DNA of 64,000 nt, from the IMG/VR virus record IMGVR_UViG_3300029210_000007, positions 4,261-68,260 of that record; one strand, written 5' to 3'. Origin of the DNA: a virus. Numbering within the stretch: the first letter of the stretch is position 1; each line of letters opens with the position of its first letter. The position numbers were made by a program, and so were the translations under genes. Positions 37,051 to 48,600 of this stretch are shown piece by piece. The notes below the pieces were generated by a model, which was given only the letters and a program-made list of their open reading frames with translations, had not been told where the DNA came from and searched no databases.

Positions 37051-37468
37051 TAGAAATAAAACATATAGAATATACAATTAATTATTGCTTTGATATTTCG
37101 AGTATGTTCTGTAAAGTTTAAAGTTATAAAACTTAAACAATAACGCTAAAAACTCAAAGCTCTTATTATGAGTCAAAGTTAAAAAAATAAACAGCAAAGA
37201 TATAAAGATTTATCAAATCCTTGGTATACAGTTTAGCATAGTTGTATTTGGCTATAAGCACCTGCAAGGCTGGTAAATGGTGAATAATTTTATATAAAAT
37301 TTTGAATGCTTAATGGAGTGTTTAAAAATACTCCCGCTTTCTTTTCTAGTTTTTATTTTAACCTATACTGATATAGGGTGGGTATTTAAGTGTGACAGAC
37401 TTAAATATTCCATTAAGCATTTAAATAAATGTTTGGATGAAATATAGATTTCAAAGGAGAATTAAATA

Positions 37469-37711
37469 ATGAATAAAAAGTCTTGGGAAGAATTTAAAGA
37501 TAGTGGATTATTATGGTGGACAAATATGATTTTACAGACGTTTGGTTGGGCAATCACAATAGAGAAACGAAACAATAAAATTGCAAGTGTTTATCCTGCT
37601 AGAGTTAAATTTCGTGGATTTAGTGAAGATACTAATTCCAAAGGTTATATAAAGGTTAGCAAGTATATGAAAGATAATGCTGATACTTTGTTAGAAGAGG
37701 CGGAAGATTAA
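37469..37711 (+). CDS. hypothetical protein
   Basis: CAAAGGAGAA RBS. Confidence 0.6.
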   Translation: MNKKSWEEFKDSGLLWWTNMILQTFGWAITIEKRNNKIASVYPARVKFRGFSEDTNSKGYIKVSKYMKDNADTLLEEAED

Positions 37712-37798
37712 GCGAATTTAATTTATGTATGTTGTAAATAAAAAACTTGGTGATTATAGTTTTCTATAAGGGGAATATAAAAGTGGAGGTAATTAAAA

Positions 37799-38599
37799 AT
37801 GGATGAATTAAAAACAATAAATAGTGTGGAATCTCAATTAACTCCACAACAATATTTTGAAAAAATCAAGGATAAGAAATACGAAGTATCTTCAGATGAC
37901 TTAAAGAAAATTTATGAAAACTGCTTAGAATTGGCAAATAAGTATAGAATTACAGGTCAAATTCGAGGATTGAGAAAAATTCTTTTCTGTATGGAATCAA
38001 TTGAAAAAGAACAGAAACTTGTAGATATGGGAATTACAACATTCATTTATAAGGATGATATCGATTTCTATATTGATACAGTTGCTAATACACGTAATCG
38101 TAGAGAGCAACCAATCAAGATTATTGAATTGGAAAGATACGAACGAGAAATTCCTGATGAAATTGTAGCTGTGATTGATAAAACCAAGGAATTATTTGAT
38201 CAGATGTACGTTGTTTATACTGACTATTCTGGCAAAGAAGAGAGAAAAATCGAAGCAGAGAAGAAAGAAAAAGATCCGATTCTATTTGGAACATTCCAGG
38301 ATAGAAATAAAAAGGTTTGCATCGATAGATTCTATTATCTTGGTGATTGGGTAGATGATTTTTGTGATTTGACGCTCGACAAGATGATTAACGAGACTGA
38401 GAAAATAGGTAGAAATATTGTTAGAACAATCAATACGCCAAAAGATGTGAAAGAATTAAGAGAATATATAGATGCACATTATGAAGTTGAGAAAGATAGT
38501 ATTTCTAAAATTGTTAGAAAAGCTGATGCTGATTTGAGTTCTAAGCCTAAGAGCAATATTTTTACAAAAGTTAAGACAATATTTACTAGAGGTAAATAA
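37799..38599 (+). CDS. hypothetical protein
   Basis: AGTGGAGGT RBS. Confidence 0.65.
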   Translation: MDELKTINSVESQLTPQQYFEKIKDKKYEVSSDDLKKIYENCLELANKYRITGQIRGLRKILFCMESIEKEQKLVDMGITTFIYKDDIDFYIDTVANTRNRREQPIKIIELERYEREIPDEIVAVIDKTKELFDQMYVVYTDYSGKEERKIEAEKKEKDPILFGTFQDRNKKVCIDRFYYLGDWVDDFCDLTLDKMINETEKIGRNIVRTINTPKDVKELREYIDAHYEVEKDSISKIVRKADADLSSKPKSNIFTKVKTIFTRGK

Positions 38600-38601
38600 C
38601 A

Positions 38602-39033
38602 ATGATACATGATTTGACAGCCAATGGTGATTTTCATAATGATGGTTTTAGTCTTCTAGGAAGATGGAGAGATATATTCGATAGAACAAATCTTGATGAC
38701 AATTTAACCCCGCCTTATAACGAAGTTGTATTAACAGGTAGTGGTTTTGACAGAGAAAACAAGAGATATATTCTTGATTATAAAAGTGATACAAAAAATA
38801 TGTGTGATTGCTGTGGTGCTCCAATAAAAATAAAACCTTGGAGTTTTGAAGATGATAAAACATTGTGTCCTGATTGTGAGAAATTTTTAGAGAAACAAAT
38901 GCAGTCAAAAGAAGATAAAACACTATTAGAAAAAGTCGTTGATGATAGTTTCAAAATAAGAACCCATAAACCTTGGGATATGGATGAATTTGAAAGAGAA
39001 TCTGCAATAAATAATGTTTTGTTGTGGGATTAG
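38602..39033 (+). CDS. zinc-ribbon protein (CDCCG...CPDC)
   Basis: 143 aa ORF. Confidence 0.55.
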   Translation: MIHDLTANGDFHNDGFSLLGRWRDIFDRTNLDDNLTPPYNEVVLTGSGFDRENKRYILDYKSDTKNMCDCCGAPIKIKPWSFEDDKTLCPDCEKFLEKQMQSKEDKTLLEKVVDDSFKIRTHKPWDMDEFERESAINNVLLWD

Positions 39034-39057
39034 AAATGTGAAAGAGAGGATATATAG

Positions 39058-39390
39058 ATGTATAAAGAAAATTTAACTACAAATATTATGTATTCTACTG
39101 AGGATATAGGAAATGCGTTTAGAAAAATATTGGAAAGGCTTAATAATAAGAACAATGAAACCATAGAGGTTCATCATATTTGTTCTACATGCAAACATAG
39201 ATGCTCAGAAACATATATAACACAGGATTGGGGTGTAAAACAGGCATGGCATAATTGGTGCGGTCTTGATAAAAAATATATGGGAACAAAATTTAGTCAA
39301 GGGAACAATAAACATTTTTCAGAACCTTGCGACCATTGGGAAATTTCTGATTATTTCAAAGAAAAAACAACTAAACAAGTTTCAGTGTAA
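39058..39390 (+). CDS. Cys/His-rich protein
   Basis: GAGAGGA RBS. Confidence 0.6.
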   Translation: MYKENLTTNIMYSTEDIGNAFRKILERLNNKNNETIEVHHICSTCKHRCSETYITQDWGVKQAWHNWCGLDKKYMGTKFSQGNNKHFSEPCDHWEISDYFKEKTTKQVSV

Positions 39391-39503
39391 TCAATTATTC
39401 ATTAAAAGCAAAAATTAAATAGAGAATATATAGTTGGAGGCAAGAAATAAATAAACTTACAGGAAATTAAAAACTGATGAATTATCATACTGGAGGATAA
39501 AAG

Positions 39504-39653
39504 ATGAAAATATTAAAATTTATTATTGGATTAGTACTTTGTGCTGTTTGCCTTTTTAAGCTTACTATGATGAATGATATAGCAGGGTTATTAGGATTTG
39601 GAGCATCCTTGGGAACAATGTTGTTTACAATGTCTTATTATATAAAAAAATAG
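39504..39653 (+). CDS. small membrane protein (49 aa)
   Basis: TGGAGGA RBS. Confidence 0.4.
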   Translation: MKILKFIIGLVLCAVCLFKLTMMNDIAGLLGFGASLGTMLFTMSYYIKK

Positions 39654-39666
39654 GAGTAAGTTATAT

Positions 39667-40095
39667 ATGAATTTAGTACAAGCTCTTAAAGAACAAATAC
39701 ATTTGTGCAAAGAATTAAATAGATATAGGTGTGGTATATTTGTAAAAAGTCCAGAACAAGGACGTATCGTCATGCAGTGTATTGCAAATTTATCATATGT
39801 TCTAAATGATATACAAGTTAGCAAATATCAACATTATGTAGATATTTGCTGGAACAATGGAAGTATGATTCAGGTTTGGTGTGCGAATGATTTTATTCCT
39901 ATAAGAGGACTTAGGTTTAACGGTGTAATAATTGAAAGTGAAATTGATAGAAAAATAATTAATGAATCTATATTACGATATGTTCAACCTATACTTAATT
40001 GTGATGGACTGGGAGTTGATAATAACGACAATATTAAACAGAGAATACATATAGTAGAAATTAAAAGTAATGATATTAAAGACTTTGACAAATAA
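39667..40095 (+). CDS. hypothetical protein
   Basis: ATAGGAG RBS. Confidence 0.6.
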   Translation: MNLVQALKEQIHLCKELNRYRCGIFVKSPEQGRIVMQCIANLSYVLNDIQVSKYQHYVDICWNNGSMIQVWCANDFIPIRGLRFNGVIIESEIDRKIINESILRYVQPILNCDGLGVDNNDNIKQRIHIVEIKSNDIKDFDK

Positions 40096-40144
40096 TTTAT
40101 AAAAGTTTATTTAACATAAATAAACACAGGAGGAAAAAATAATA

Positions 40145-40564
40145 ATGTCAAAAGATAAAGGGTTAATAAGTAGGTTGCGAAACAAAGAGAGTATTAGATT
40201 AAGCGATATTTACGACAATGAGGAATGCATAGAGAGTATAACTGGAAATCCAAATTGTAAGTCCGATGAAAACATGAAAGTTGAACTTTTAGGACATGTA
40301 GAATTAAACGGAGTTAATGATTTCTTCGCATATGATAGAAATTTTCAGCCAGGAGATGTAGTTAAGCATTTTAAAGGTGGTTTGTATACGATTGTTGCTA
40401 TTGGAACTAATACAGAAACAGAAGAGGACATGGTTGTATATAAGAGTTTAAAAGATCGAGAAGTGTGGATTAGACCATATGATATGTTTGCTAGTAAAGT
40501 AAATAAAAAGACGTATCCAAATACTCATCAACCATACAGGTTTGTTAAAGTAAAGAGAATATAA
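40145..40564 (+). CDS. hypothetical protein (possibly DUF1653-like)
   Basis: ACAGGAGGA RBS; HFKGGLYTIVAIGTNTETEEDMVVYKS motif recalled only. Confidence 0.55.
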   Translation: MSKDKGLISRLRNKESIRLSDIYDNEECIESITGNPNCKSDENMKVELLGHVELNGVNDFFAYDRNFQPGDVVKHFKGGLYTIVAIGTNTETEEDMVVYKSLKDREVWIRPYDMFASKVNKKTYPNTHQPYRFVKVKRI

Positions 40565-40586
40565 AACTGGAGGGGAAAATGACATT

Positions 40587-40925
40587 ATGAAACAAGTAAA
40601 TAAGTCGCTAATGTTGGCTCAAATAGAGCAGATATGTGATTACAGAGGTTGGGCGAGAAAACTTCCTGCTTTTCACTTTGATAAAGAATGGGATGTACTG
40701 ATTGTTCCACCATTTGCGGGCGCAATTATCCGTTTTGTAATTAGCTATAATGGAAAATATGTATCTGTATATTTTGATGCATATTCAGAATTAGGTTGGA
40801 TGTATGATAAGAATGAACAACCAATACCATATTTTGAATATTATGATGGTGAAGATACTTATAGATATCTAATCAATGAATCAGAACAGATGATGAATGA
40901 TATTAGAAATTTCTTAAACAATTAA
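40587..40925 (+). CDS. hypothetical protein
   Basis: GGAGGGG RBS. Confidence 0.55.
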   Translation: MKQVNKSLMLAQIEQICDYRGWARKLPAFHFDKEWDVLIVPPFAGAIIRFVISYNGKYVSVYFDAYSELGWMYDKNEQPIPYFEYYDGEDTYRYLINESEQMMNDIRNFLNN

Positions 40926-41125
40926 TCTTGACTTGTTCGAGTCGAAAATTCCAATGAAATCAAAACTGAATAGAGAATATAAGTATGGGTGGGCAATAGC
41001 ATACCCTTGGGTTTCTACGCCCAAAAACCACTGTTTACATAGATTTTATCCCTATGTTCCGTCCGTTTGGACGTTTAGATAAAGGTTGTTAAAAATTTTA
41101 TTTACATATAAGGAGGACATTTTAA

Positions 41126-42076
41126 ATGGCATTTAAAGTACAAAAGGCAGTAAGAGAAAAAATTTATACAAAGGTAGCACTTATGGCTCCTTCAGGTGGT
41201 GGCAAGACTTACTCAGCATTAAGACTTGCTACAGGAATGAAAGCAGAGCTTGAAAAAATTACAGGAAAAGCTTGTAAAATTTTAATGGCTAATACTGAGG
41301 GGGCAAGAGGCAGATATTATGCTAATGAGTTTGATTATGACATTATTGACCTTGTAGAACCTTTTAATCCTGAACAGTTTTCGGATGCAATTGATTTTGC
41401 TGTAAATGAAGGGTACGACATTCTTCTTATGGACAGCACTTCTCCTGAGTGGGATGGAAAAGGTGGTTGTCTTGAATTACAGCAGAAAGCTGGCGGTACA
41501 TATCAGGCATGGGGTAAGGTAACTCCTAGACATGACGCATTTATTAACAAGTTAGCAACAAGCCCTATTCATTTAATTGCTACTATGAGAGGCAAGGATC
41601 AATACGAAATTGAGAAAGATGACAGAGGTAAGACAAGTGTTAAGAAACTTGGTGTTGGTGCAAAGCAGAGAGATGGCTTCGAATATGAGTTCACATGTAC
41701 ATTTACAGTAGACCAGAAGACACATATGGCAGAACCACAGAAGGATAACACTCATATCTTTGAGAACGATAATGCAACACTTCTTACAGAAGCACATGGT
41801 CAGAAGATTATTAAGTGGGCAAATGCTTCTGATATAGAACCTACGAAGCCTAAGTTTACAGCATCTACCGCAACAACAGAATCAGTAGAAGATATTGCAG
41901 ACATTAAAAAAGAGATTATTTCACTCTGTACTAAACTTGGTGGAACTAAGAATGAAACACTTATGACAACATTAAAGGAGTTCACAGTTAGCGGAAATCC
42001 AAATGCTATTAAGGATGTACAGAAAGCAAAAGCTTGTTTGACAAAAATTAAGGAAATCCAGTCAGTACAGGCATAA
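41126..42076 (+). CDS. RecA-fold AAA ATPase, Sak4-like phage recombination/replication protein
   Basis: Walker A MAPSGGGKTYSAL; Walker B LLMDS; sits directly upstream of ssb. Confidence 0.6.
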   Translation: MAFKVQKAVREKIYTKVALMAPSGGGKTYSALRLATGMKAELEKITGKACKILMANTEGARGRYYANEFDYDIIDLVEPFNPEQFSDAIDFAVNEGYDILLMDSTSPEWDGKGGCLELQQKAGGTYQAWGKVTPRHDAFINKLATSPIHLIATMRGKDQYEIEKDDRGKTSVKKLGVGAKQRDGFEYEFTCTFTVDQKTHMAEPQKDNTHIFENDNATLLTEAHGQKIIKWANASDIEPTKPKFTASTATTESVEDIADIKKEIISLCTKLGGTKNETLMTTLKEFTVSGNPNAIKDVQKAKACLTKIKEIQSVQA

Positions 42077-42096
42077 TTTTAAGGAGGATAAAATAC

Positions 42097-42504
42097 ATGA
42101 ACAAGACGATTTTAATGGGAAGATTAACAAGAGATCCAGAGGTAAGATATAGCGGAGATACATCAGTAGCAAGATTTTCTCTTGCTGTTGACCGCAGATT
42201 TAAGAAGGACGGAGAACAGGCTGCCGATTTTATTAGTTGTGTAGCTTTTGGTAAGACTGGTGAATTTATTGGGAAGTATGGACATAAAGGTACAAAGTTT
42301 GTTGTGGAGGGACATATTCAGACTGGTTCTTTTACAAATAAAGATGGGCAGAAAGTTTATACAACAGATGTTATTGTAGAACAGGTAGAATTCGCAGAAA
42401 GCAAGAGTTCTGCGAACGAAAACGCACCTGGTGATACATCTAATTCTAATACTTCAGCAGATACAGGTTTTATAGATATGGATGAAGACCTCCCTTTTAA
42501 TTAA
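42097..42504 (+). CDS. ssb: single-stranded DNA-binding protein
   Basis: OB-fold SSB N-terminus (ILMGRLTRDPEVRY), C-terminal acidic tail ending DLPF. Confidence 0.85.
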   Translation: MNKTILMGRLTRDPEVRYSGDTSVARFSLAVDRRFKKDGEQAADFISCVAFGKTGEFIGKYGHKGTKFVVEGHIQTGSFTNKDGQKVYTTDVIVEQVEFAESKSSANENAPGDTSNSNTSADTGFIDMDEDLPFN

Positions 42505-42515
42505 AAGAGGTGGAC

Positions 42516-42875
42516 ATGGCAGATAAAAAAGAAAAAGAATATGTCTGCGCATACGGAAAATATTGTTTACACCACGGAGAAAAGGTCAAAGCACCTGAAT
42601 CCGTGGTTATAAACAAGAAACATTATCACTGGGATTGTGCAGGTATGAAACAAGAAATTAGAGATTGTGTTGATTCCTATATGGAATGTATAGAAGATAA
42701 GACACAATTTCCAATTGCATATAGAGCAATAAATACAATGGTATTTAAAAACAAAGTGCCTATAGAATTTATCAGAAGAAATATTGAATTATCAAAGTCA
42801 TATTATTCAACAAAACCTGTTCAAATTCTGTATGGACTTAGAAAATTGTTCTACGAAAAAGAATTTAGAGCATAG
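42516..42875 (+). CDS. hypothetical protein
   Basis: AAAAGAGG RBS before ATG 42516. Confidence 0.55.
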   Translation: MADKKEKEYVCAYGKYCLHHGEKVKAPESVVINKKHYHWDCAGMKQEIRDCVDSYMECIEDKTQFPIAYRAINTMVFKNKVPIEFIRRNIELSKSYYSTKPVQILYGLRKLFYEKEFRA

Positions 42876-42886
42876 GTGGTGAGTAG

Positions 42887-44803
42887 GTGTTAATTGAAAA
42901 AACTGACATTGAAAAAGCTAAAGATAAACTTGGTGACAATAATGCATTTTTAATGGCAGAGCTACTTGAATTAGAGAATTTTGACGAAAAAAATTTAAAA
43001 TCTTGTTGCCCATATCATAGTGAAGATACAGCAAGCTTTATATATAACAAGAAAAACAAGACCTTCCATTGTTTTGGCTGCAATAAAACAGTGGATATTA
43101 TCGATGTTTTAATGGAAAAAGGAAATACATTTTTAGAAGCTGTCAAGCATCTATTCGAAGAAGCAAATATTGAATACAGTTTTGGTGAAAAAGATGTAAA
43201 GACTCGTCGTAACTATAGATACCCGCACGAAGAACCAATAAACGGAAAAGAACATGTAATTGATTATTGGGGCAAGCGTGGTATATCAAAAAATGTTATT
43301 GATTATCTTGACATTCGTGAAGATGCTCATGGTAATGGTGTGTTTAATTTTTATGACACAAATGATGTTTTGACAATGGTTAAATATAGACCAGCGAAAA
43401 CGATAGAAAAACATTCAGGACAATCTAAAACGTGGTGTCAAAAAGATTCTGATACATCATCTCTTCTATTTAATATGAATAGAGTCAATACCTCAAAACC
43501 TTTGCTTATTACAGAAGGAGAAACAGATTGTGCAAGCGCTGTTGAAGCAGGATATATTAATACTGTAAGTGTTCCCCTAGGAGCTGGTAATCTTCATTGG
43601 ATTGAAGAAAATTGGGAATGGTTAAATAATTTTGACTCAATTGTTATTTGGTCTGACAATGATGAACCTGGCATTAAGATGAGAAAAGAATGTATATATC
43701 GTCTTGGAACTTGGAGAACAAAATACATATCAACACCTGAATTTTTTAAAAAAGATAATGGTAAGGAAGTTCCGTTAAAAGATATTAATGACTGTCTACA
43801 AGTCGGCGGTAAAGATTTTGTTATGAATCTTATCTCCGAAGCAAAGGATGTGCCTGTAAAAAGTGTTGTTGATTATTCAGAAATTGAAGAACTTGATGTT
43901 TCTCAAATGGATGGAGTAAAAACTGGCATTAAGCCGTTAGATGATGAGCTTGTAAAACTGTTTTATGGAACACTTACAATTTTATCTGGACGACCAGGTT
44001 CGGGAAAAACATCTTTAATTGACCAAGCTATTGCAGAAACTATTGACGGTGGAAACCCTGTATTTCTGTACTCCAAAGAACTCCCAGAACGTTTATCTGC
44101 TAATTGGTTCAATACAATTATAGCTGGACGTAGAAATATGGTAGAAAAACAAAGTAATAATGGGAAGAAATATTATGTTGTACCATTTGCAATACAAAAG
44201 AAAATGCAGAGTTTTTATAATAAAAAATTATTTATTTATAAAGACGATGAATCAAATGATTTTGAATCTGTTTTAAAATCAGCAGAAGAGTGTGTTAGAA
44301 AATTTGGTTGCAAACTAATTGTACTTGACAATCTAATGATGATAGATTTGAAGTGTGATGAAAGCGATAAAAATACAGCTCAGACAAATTTTATTAATCT
44401 TCTAATAAAATTTGCAGTTAAATTTAATGTTGCAGTTGTTCTTATTGCACATCCAAGAAAAACCCAAGATAGTAATTCTGATATTGAAATGTACGATATT
44501 GCAGGCAGTTCCAATATTATTAATCTTGCTATGAGGTCTATTGGACTAAGAAGGGTATCTAAAAAAGAAAAAGCTGATACTAAATGTAAATGGAAAAACT
44601 ATGATGTTGTACTAACTGTTATGAAAGACAGAATGTTTGGTAAATCAGATGTTCAAGTCGGGCTTTGGTACGATTTGGTTTCAAGAAGATTTTACACAAA
44701 TTACTTAGAATACGATAAGCAGTTTGCGTGGGACAACAACGTATATACTGATAAACTTCCATATATGGATAGGTCTATAGACAATGAATTCCCAGATAAA
44801 TAA
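42887..44803 (+). CDS. bifunctional DNA primase (CHC2 zinc finger + TOPRIM) / DnaB-like replicative helicase
   Basis: CCPYHSEDTASF...HCFGCNKTVDII zinc finger; TEGETD TOPRIM; Walker A GRPGSGKTS; Walker B IVLDNLMMI. Confidence 0.85.
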   Translation: MLIEKTDIEKAKDKLGDNNAFLMAELLELENFDEKNLKSCCPYHSEDTASFIYNKKNKTFHCFGCNKTVDIIDVLMEKGNTFLEAVKHLFEEANIEYSFGEKDVKTRRNYRYPHEEPINGKEHVIDYWGKRGISKNVIDYLDIREDAHGNGVFNFYDTNDVLTMVKYRPAKTIEKHSGQSKTWCQKDSDTSSLLFNMNRVNTSKPLLITEGETDCASAVEAGYINTVSVPLGAGNLHWIEENWEWLNNFDSIVIWSDNDEPGIKMRKECIYRLGTWRTKYISTPEFFKKDNGKEVPLKDINDCLQVGGKDFVMNLISEAKDVPVKSVVDYSEIEELDVSQMDGVKTGIKPLDDELVKLFYGTLTILSGRPGSGKTSLIDQAIAETIDGGNPVFLYSKELPERLSANWFNTIIAGRRNMVEKQSNNGKKYYVVPFAIQKKMQSFYNKKLFIYKDDESNDFESVLKSAEECVRKFGCKLIVLDNLMMIDLKCDESDKNTAQTNFINLLIKFAVKFNVAVVLIAHPRKTQDSNSDIEMYDIAGSSNIINLAMRSIGLRRVSKKEKADTKCKWKNYDVVLTVMKDRMFGKSDVQVGLWYDLVSRRFYTNYLEYDKQFAWDNNVYTDKLPYMDRSIDNEFPDK

Positions 44804-44817
44804 GGAGAATAATTATT

Positions 44818-45675
44818 ATGATGGATGAAGAATTAGATTTTTTACTAGATACAATGACTTGGAGTTTTTCAAGGTTGAATTCGTTCTATAATTGCCCACA
44901 TGAATGGTACGAGAGATATGTAATGTGTCAAAAAGGCGAAAATGGTTTTTTCGGAGAGTTTGGTGGCTGTTGTCACAAAGTTCTTGAGAAATACGAAAAG
45001 GGCGAGATTTCACTTTTTGAAATTAGTCAAGAATATGAGAAGCTGTTTTCTGAAATGGTGGTGCATGACGCACCACCTAATAAGTATACTGACATAAAAC
45101 AATCGTATTTTGATAAAGGATTAGATTATTTTGACAATATAGATTTAGACCTTGAAAATTATGAAATATTAGGAGTTGAAAAAGAGGTTAAATTTCAGAT
45201 TGCTAATAAGGATTTTATTGGCTATATTGATTTACTCTTGAAAGAAAAAAGTACAGGTAAAATCATTATTTTAGATCATAAAAGTGCATCTATAAAATTT
45301 TTAAAAAATGGCAATATAAGTAAATCGGACAAGCCACATGTCAGAGAATTTATTAGGCAGCTTTGCTTATATGCAAAACCTGTACTAGAAGAATATGGGC
45401 ATGTTGATGGGTTATGGTGGAATTTATTTAAGGATAAAAATTGGTTGAAACTCCCATTTAATAAAGAGGATTATGATGAAGCAATAAAATGGGCAGAAGA
45501 CACTATAAAGTTGATTGAGAATGAAACAGAATTCCTTTGCAATCCAGATGCATATTATTGTTGGAATTTGTGTTCACAGAGAAACAATGCTTGCCAGTAT
45601 AAGCCACAATTAACCAGCAAGAAAAACAAAGAGAACAATAGGAGATATAACCCTGAAACTGATTCCTATGAATAG
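44818..45675 (+). CDS. PD-(D/E)XK nuclease with 4-Cys Fe-S cluster (Cas4/RecB-like exonuclease)
   Basis: one N-terminal Cys plus CNPDAYYCWNLC...C; GYIDLL...LDHK nuclease core; QLCLYA (QhxxY). Confidence 0.7.
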   Translation: MMDEELDFLLDTMTWSFSRLNSFYNCPHEWYERYVMCQKGENGFFGEFGGCCHKVLEKYEKGEISLFEISQEYEKLFSEMVVHDAPPNKYTDIKQSYFDKGLDYFDNIDLDLENYEILGVEKEVKFQIANKDFIGYIDLLLKEKSTGKIIILDHKSASIKFLKNGNISKSDKPHVREFIRQLCLYAKPVLEEYGHVDGLWWNLFKDKNWLKLPFNKEDYDEAIKWAEDTIKLIENETEFLCNPDAYYCWNLCSQRNNACQYKPQLTSKKNKENNRRYNPETDSYE

Positions 45676-45683
45676 GAGGTATT

Positions 45684-48600
45684 ATGCAAAATTATCATAA
45701 ACATACTTCATATAGCAATGTGTTAGTTGGGGATTGTGCAACTTCTTATGATGAATATGTCCACAGAGCTATAGAACTTGGACAAAATGTAATTTCCAGT
45801 GTAGAACATGGCTATCAAAGCAATTACTATGTTCCATATGAATTAGTGCAGAAACATAATGATGCACTTCATAAAAAAGTAGATAGTGGAGAGCTATCTG
45901 AAGATGAATATAGAAAAAAGAAACTGAAATTTATTTTTGGAGCAGAAGCCTATTGGGTAAAAGATAGGTTAGCTGAATACCCTAAATTTGATAAAAAAAC
46001 AGGAAATATAATTCCTAATGAATTTGTCAAAGATAGAACTAACTGTCACATTGTTTTGTTAGCAAAAAATGAAGAAGGTCGTAGAGATATAAATGAAATC
46101 CTTTCAATTGCTAGCATAGACGGATTTTATGGACAACCAAGAATAGACATTGAACTTTTATTAAAAGTAAAACCACAAAATGTAATGGTGACTACGGCAT
46201 GTTTAAAATATTGGATTTACGATGATATAGAAGAAATTACAGAAAAGTTGTTTCAGCATTTTGGTGACAACTTTTTCCTCGAAATTCAATACCATGACAC
46301 TGACATCCAGAAAAAAATTAACAAAAGAATTATTGAGCTACATAATAAATTGGGAATCAAACTTATACTTGGTTGTGATAGCCATTATATATATCCAGAC
46401 CAACATGAAGAACGAGATAATTATTTAGAAGGAAGAGGAATTTCCTATGATGAAGATGAAGAAGGGTGGTATATGGATTACCCTGATGAATCTGAAGCCA
46501 GAAGGAGATTAAAAGTACAAGGCATTTTGAATGATGAACAAATAGATGAATGTATTAATAACACAGATATTTTATTGGATTTTGATGATATTGTTTTGAA
46601 TAAAAATATTAAATTACCCAAGAATTATCTCTTTAATGGTGAATGGGTAGGAAGCAAATCACAAGAATGGAGAGATGCAACCTTACGAAATCTTGTATAT
46701 TCTAAGTGGGATGAAATAAAAAATACAATACCAAAAGAAAGATATGAAGAATATGAAAAAGGCATTGAATATGAATTAAATGCAATTATTGAAACAAAAA
46801 TGTCTGACTATTTTTTAATTGACTATGAACTTGTAAAAATTGGAGTATCTCATGGAGGTATTATTACAAAGACAGGAAGAGGAAGTGGCGTTTCATATTA
46901 TATTAATTCATTATTAGGGTTTAGTAATATTGACCGTTTTATTTCTCCTGTTAAATTATATCCAGATAGGTTTATTTCAAAGACGAGAATATTAAAGACA
47001 AAGAGTTTGCCAGACTTGGATTTAAATCTGGGTACTCCAGAAATATTTGCAAAAGCACAAAAGCAGGTAATGGGGGAAGGACACGCTTATCCAATGATTT
47101 CATACAAGCCTCTGCAAGTATCATCTGCGTTTAAATTGTATGCAAAATCCCAAGGATTAGATTTCGAAATATCAAATGATATTACGAGTCAGATTAAAGA
47201 ATATGAAAAAGCTTTAAAACATACAGATGATGATTCAACAGATTCTATCGATTTATATGATTTTGTGGATAAAAAATATAAGCAATATATTGATGAAAGT
47301 AAAAAATATAGAGGAATTATTAATTCAAAATCACAAGCACCTTGTGGGTATTTAATATATGACGGAGACATAAGACGTGAAGTTGGCTTAATTAGATGTA
47401 AATCTGAAGCCACTAAAAAAGAAGTTATTACGACTGTTATCGATGGAATGGTTGCTGAAAATTATAAATTTGTAAAAAATGATCTACTAAAGGTAGATAT
47501 TTGGCTTACTATTAACAACATTTTTAAAGCAGCAGGAGTTAAGACTCCAACTGTTCCTGAAATGACAAAGCTAATTGAAAACGATAAAAAAACTTGGGAC
47601 GTGTATTCTAGTGGTTGTACATTAGGCATAAACCAATGCGAATCAAATTTTGGTGTGCAATGTTGTAAACAATATAAACCACAAAACATGGTGGAGCTCA
47701 CTTCTTTAGTGGCAGCTCTACGACCTGGTTTTAAAACCCAGTTGGATAATTTTTTAAATAGACTTCCATATACAACTGGTGTAACAGAATTAGATAATTT
47801 ATTAAAAGATTCTTTTCATTATATGATGTATCAGGAATCAATTATGACTTATCTTGGATGGTTAGGTATTGAACAGACTGAAACATATGCCATTATTAAG
47901 AAAATCAGTAAAAAGAAGTTTAAAGAAAAAGAATTAATCGAATTAAAAGCCAAACTGTTAAACGGCTGGATAAAAAATGTGGGTACTGATGAAGGCTTTG
48001 AAAAAACATGGGAGATTATAGAAGCTGCATCGAAGTATTCTTTTAATGCTTCACATGCCCTAAGTTACGGTTTTGATTCTGTCTATGGAGCGTATTGTAA
48101 AGCACATTATCCTTATGAGTTTTATTCGATTATGATGCAACATTATTCTGACAAAGGAGATAAGGATAAGGTATCTGCATACAAAATAGAAATGCTTAAA
48201 TATGCAGGAATTCGAATTGGTACATATAAATTCGGTTTGGATAATAGAAAATTTTCTGTAGATAAAGAAGCAGGTTGTATAAATCCGTCTCTTTCATCTA
48301 TAAAAAATTTTTCGATGACTATAGCAAATACATTGTATGAATTAGGACAAAAAAAGTTTGAGGATTTTGGCTCTTTATTGGTCGCTCTTAGAGAAAAAGG
48401 CATAGCAGAAAGTAGAATAAAAGACCTTATTGGTATTGAGTATTTTTCAGATTTTGGTGATATAAAATATCTTCTCAACTATCTTCATATATTCCTTCAA
48501 CTCTATAAGAATAAAAAGTTTTTATCTCAATTAAAAAAGGACAAGGCATTTAAACTTGAGATAGATTTTGATGTAGTTAGAAAACACTGCGTATCAGAGA

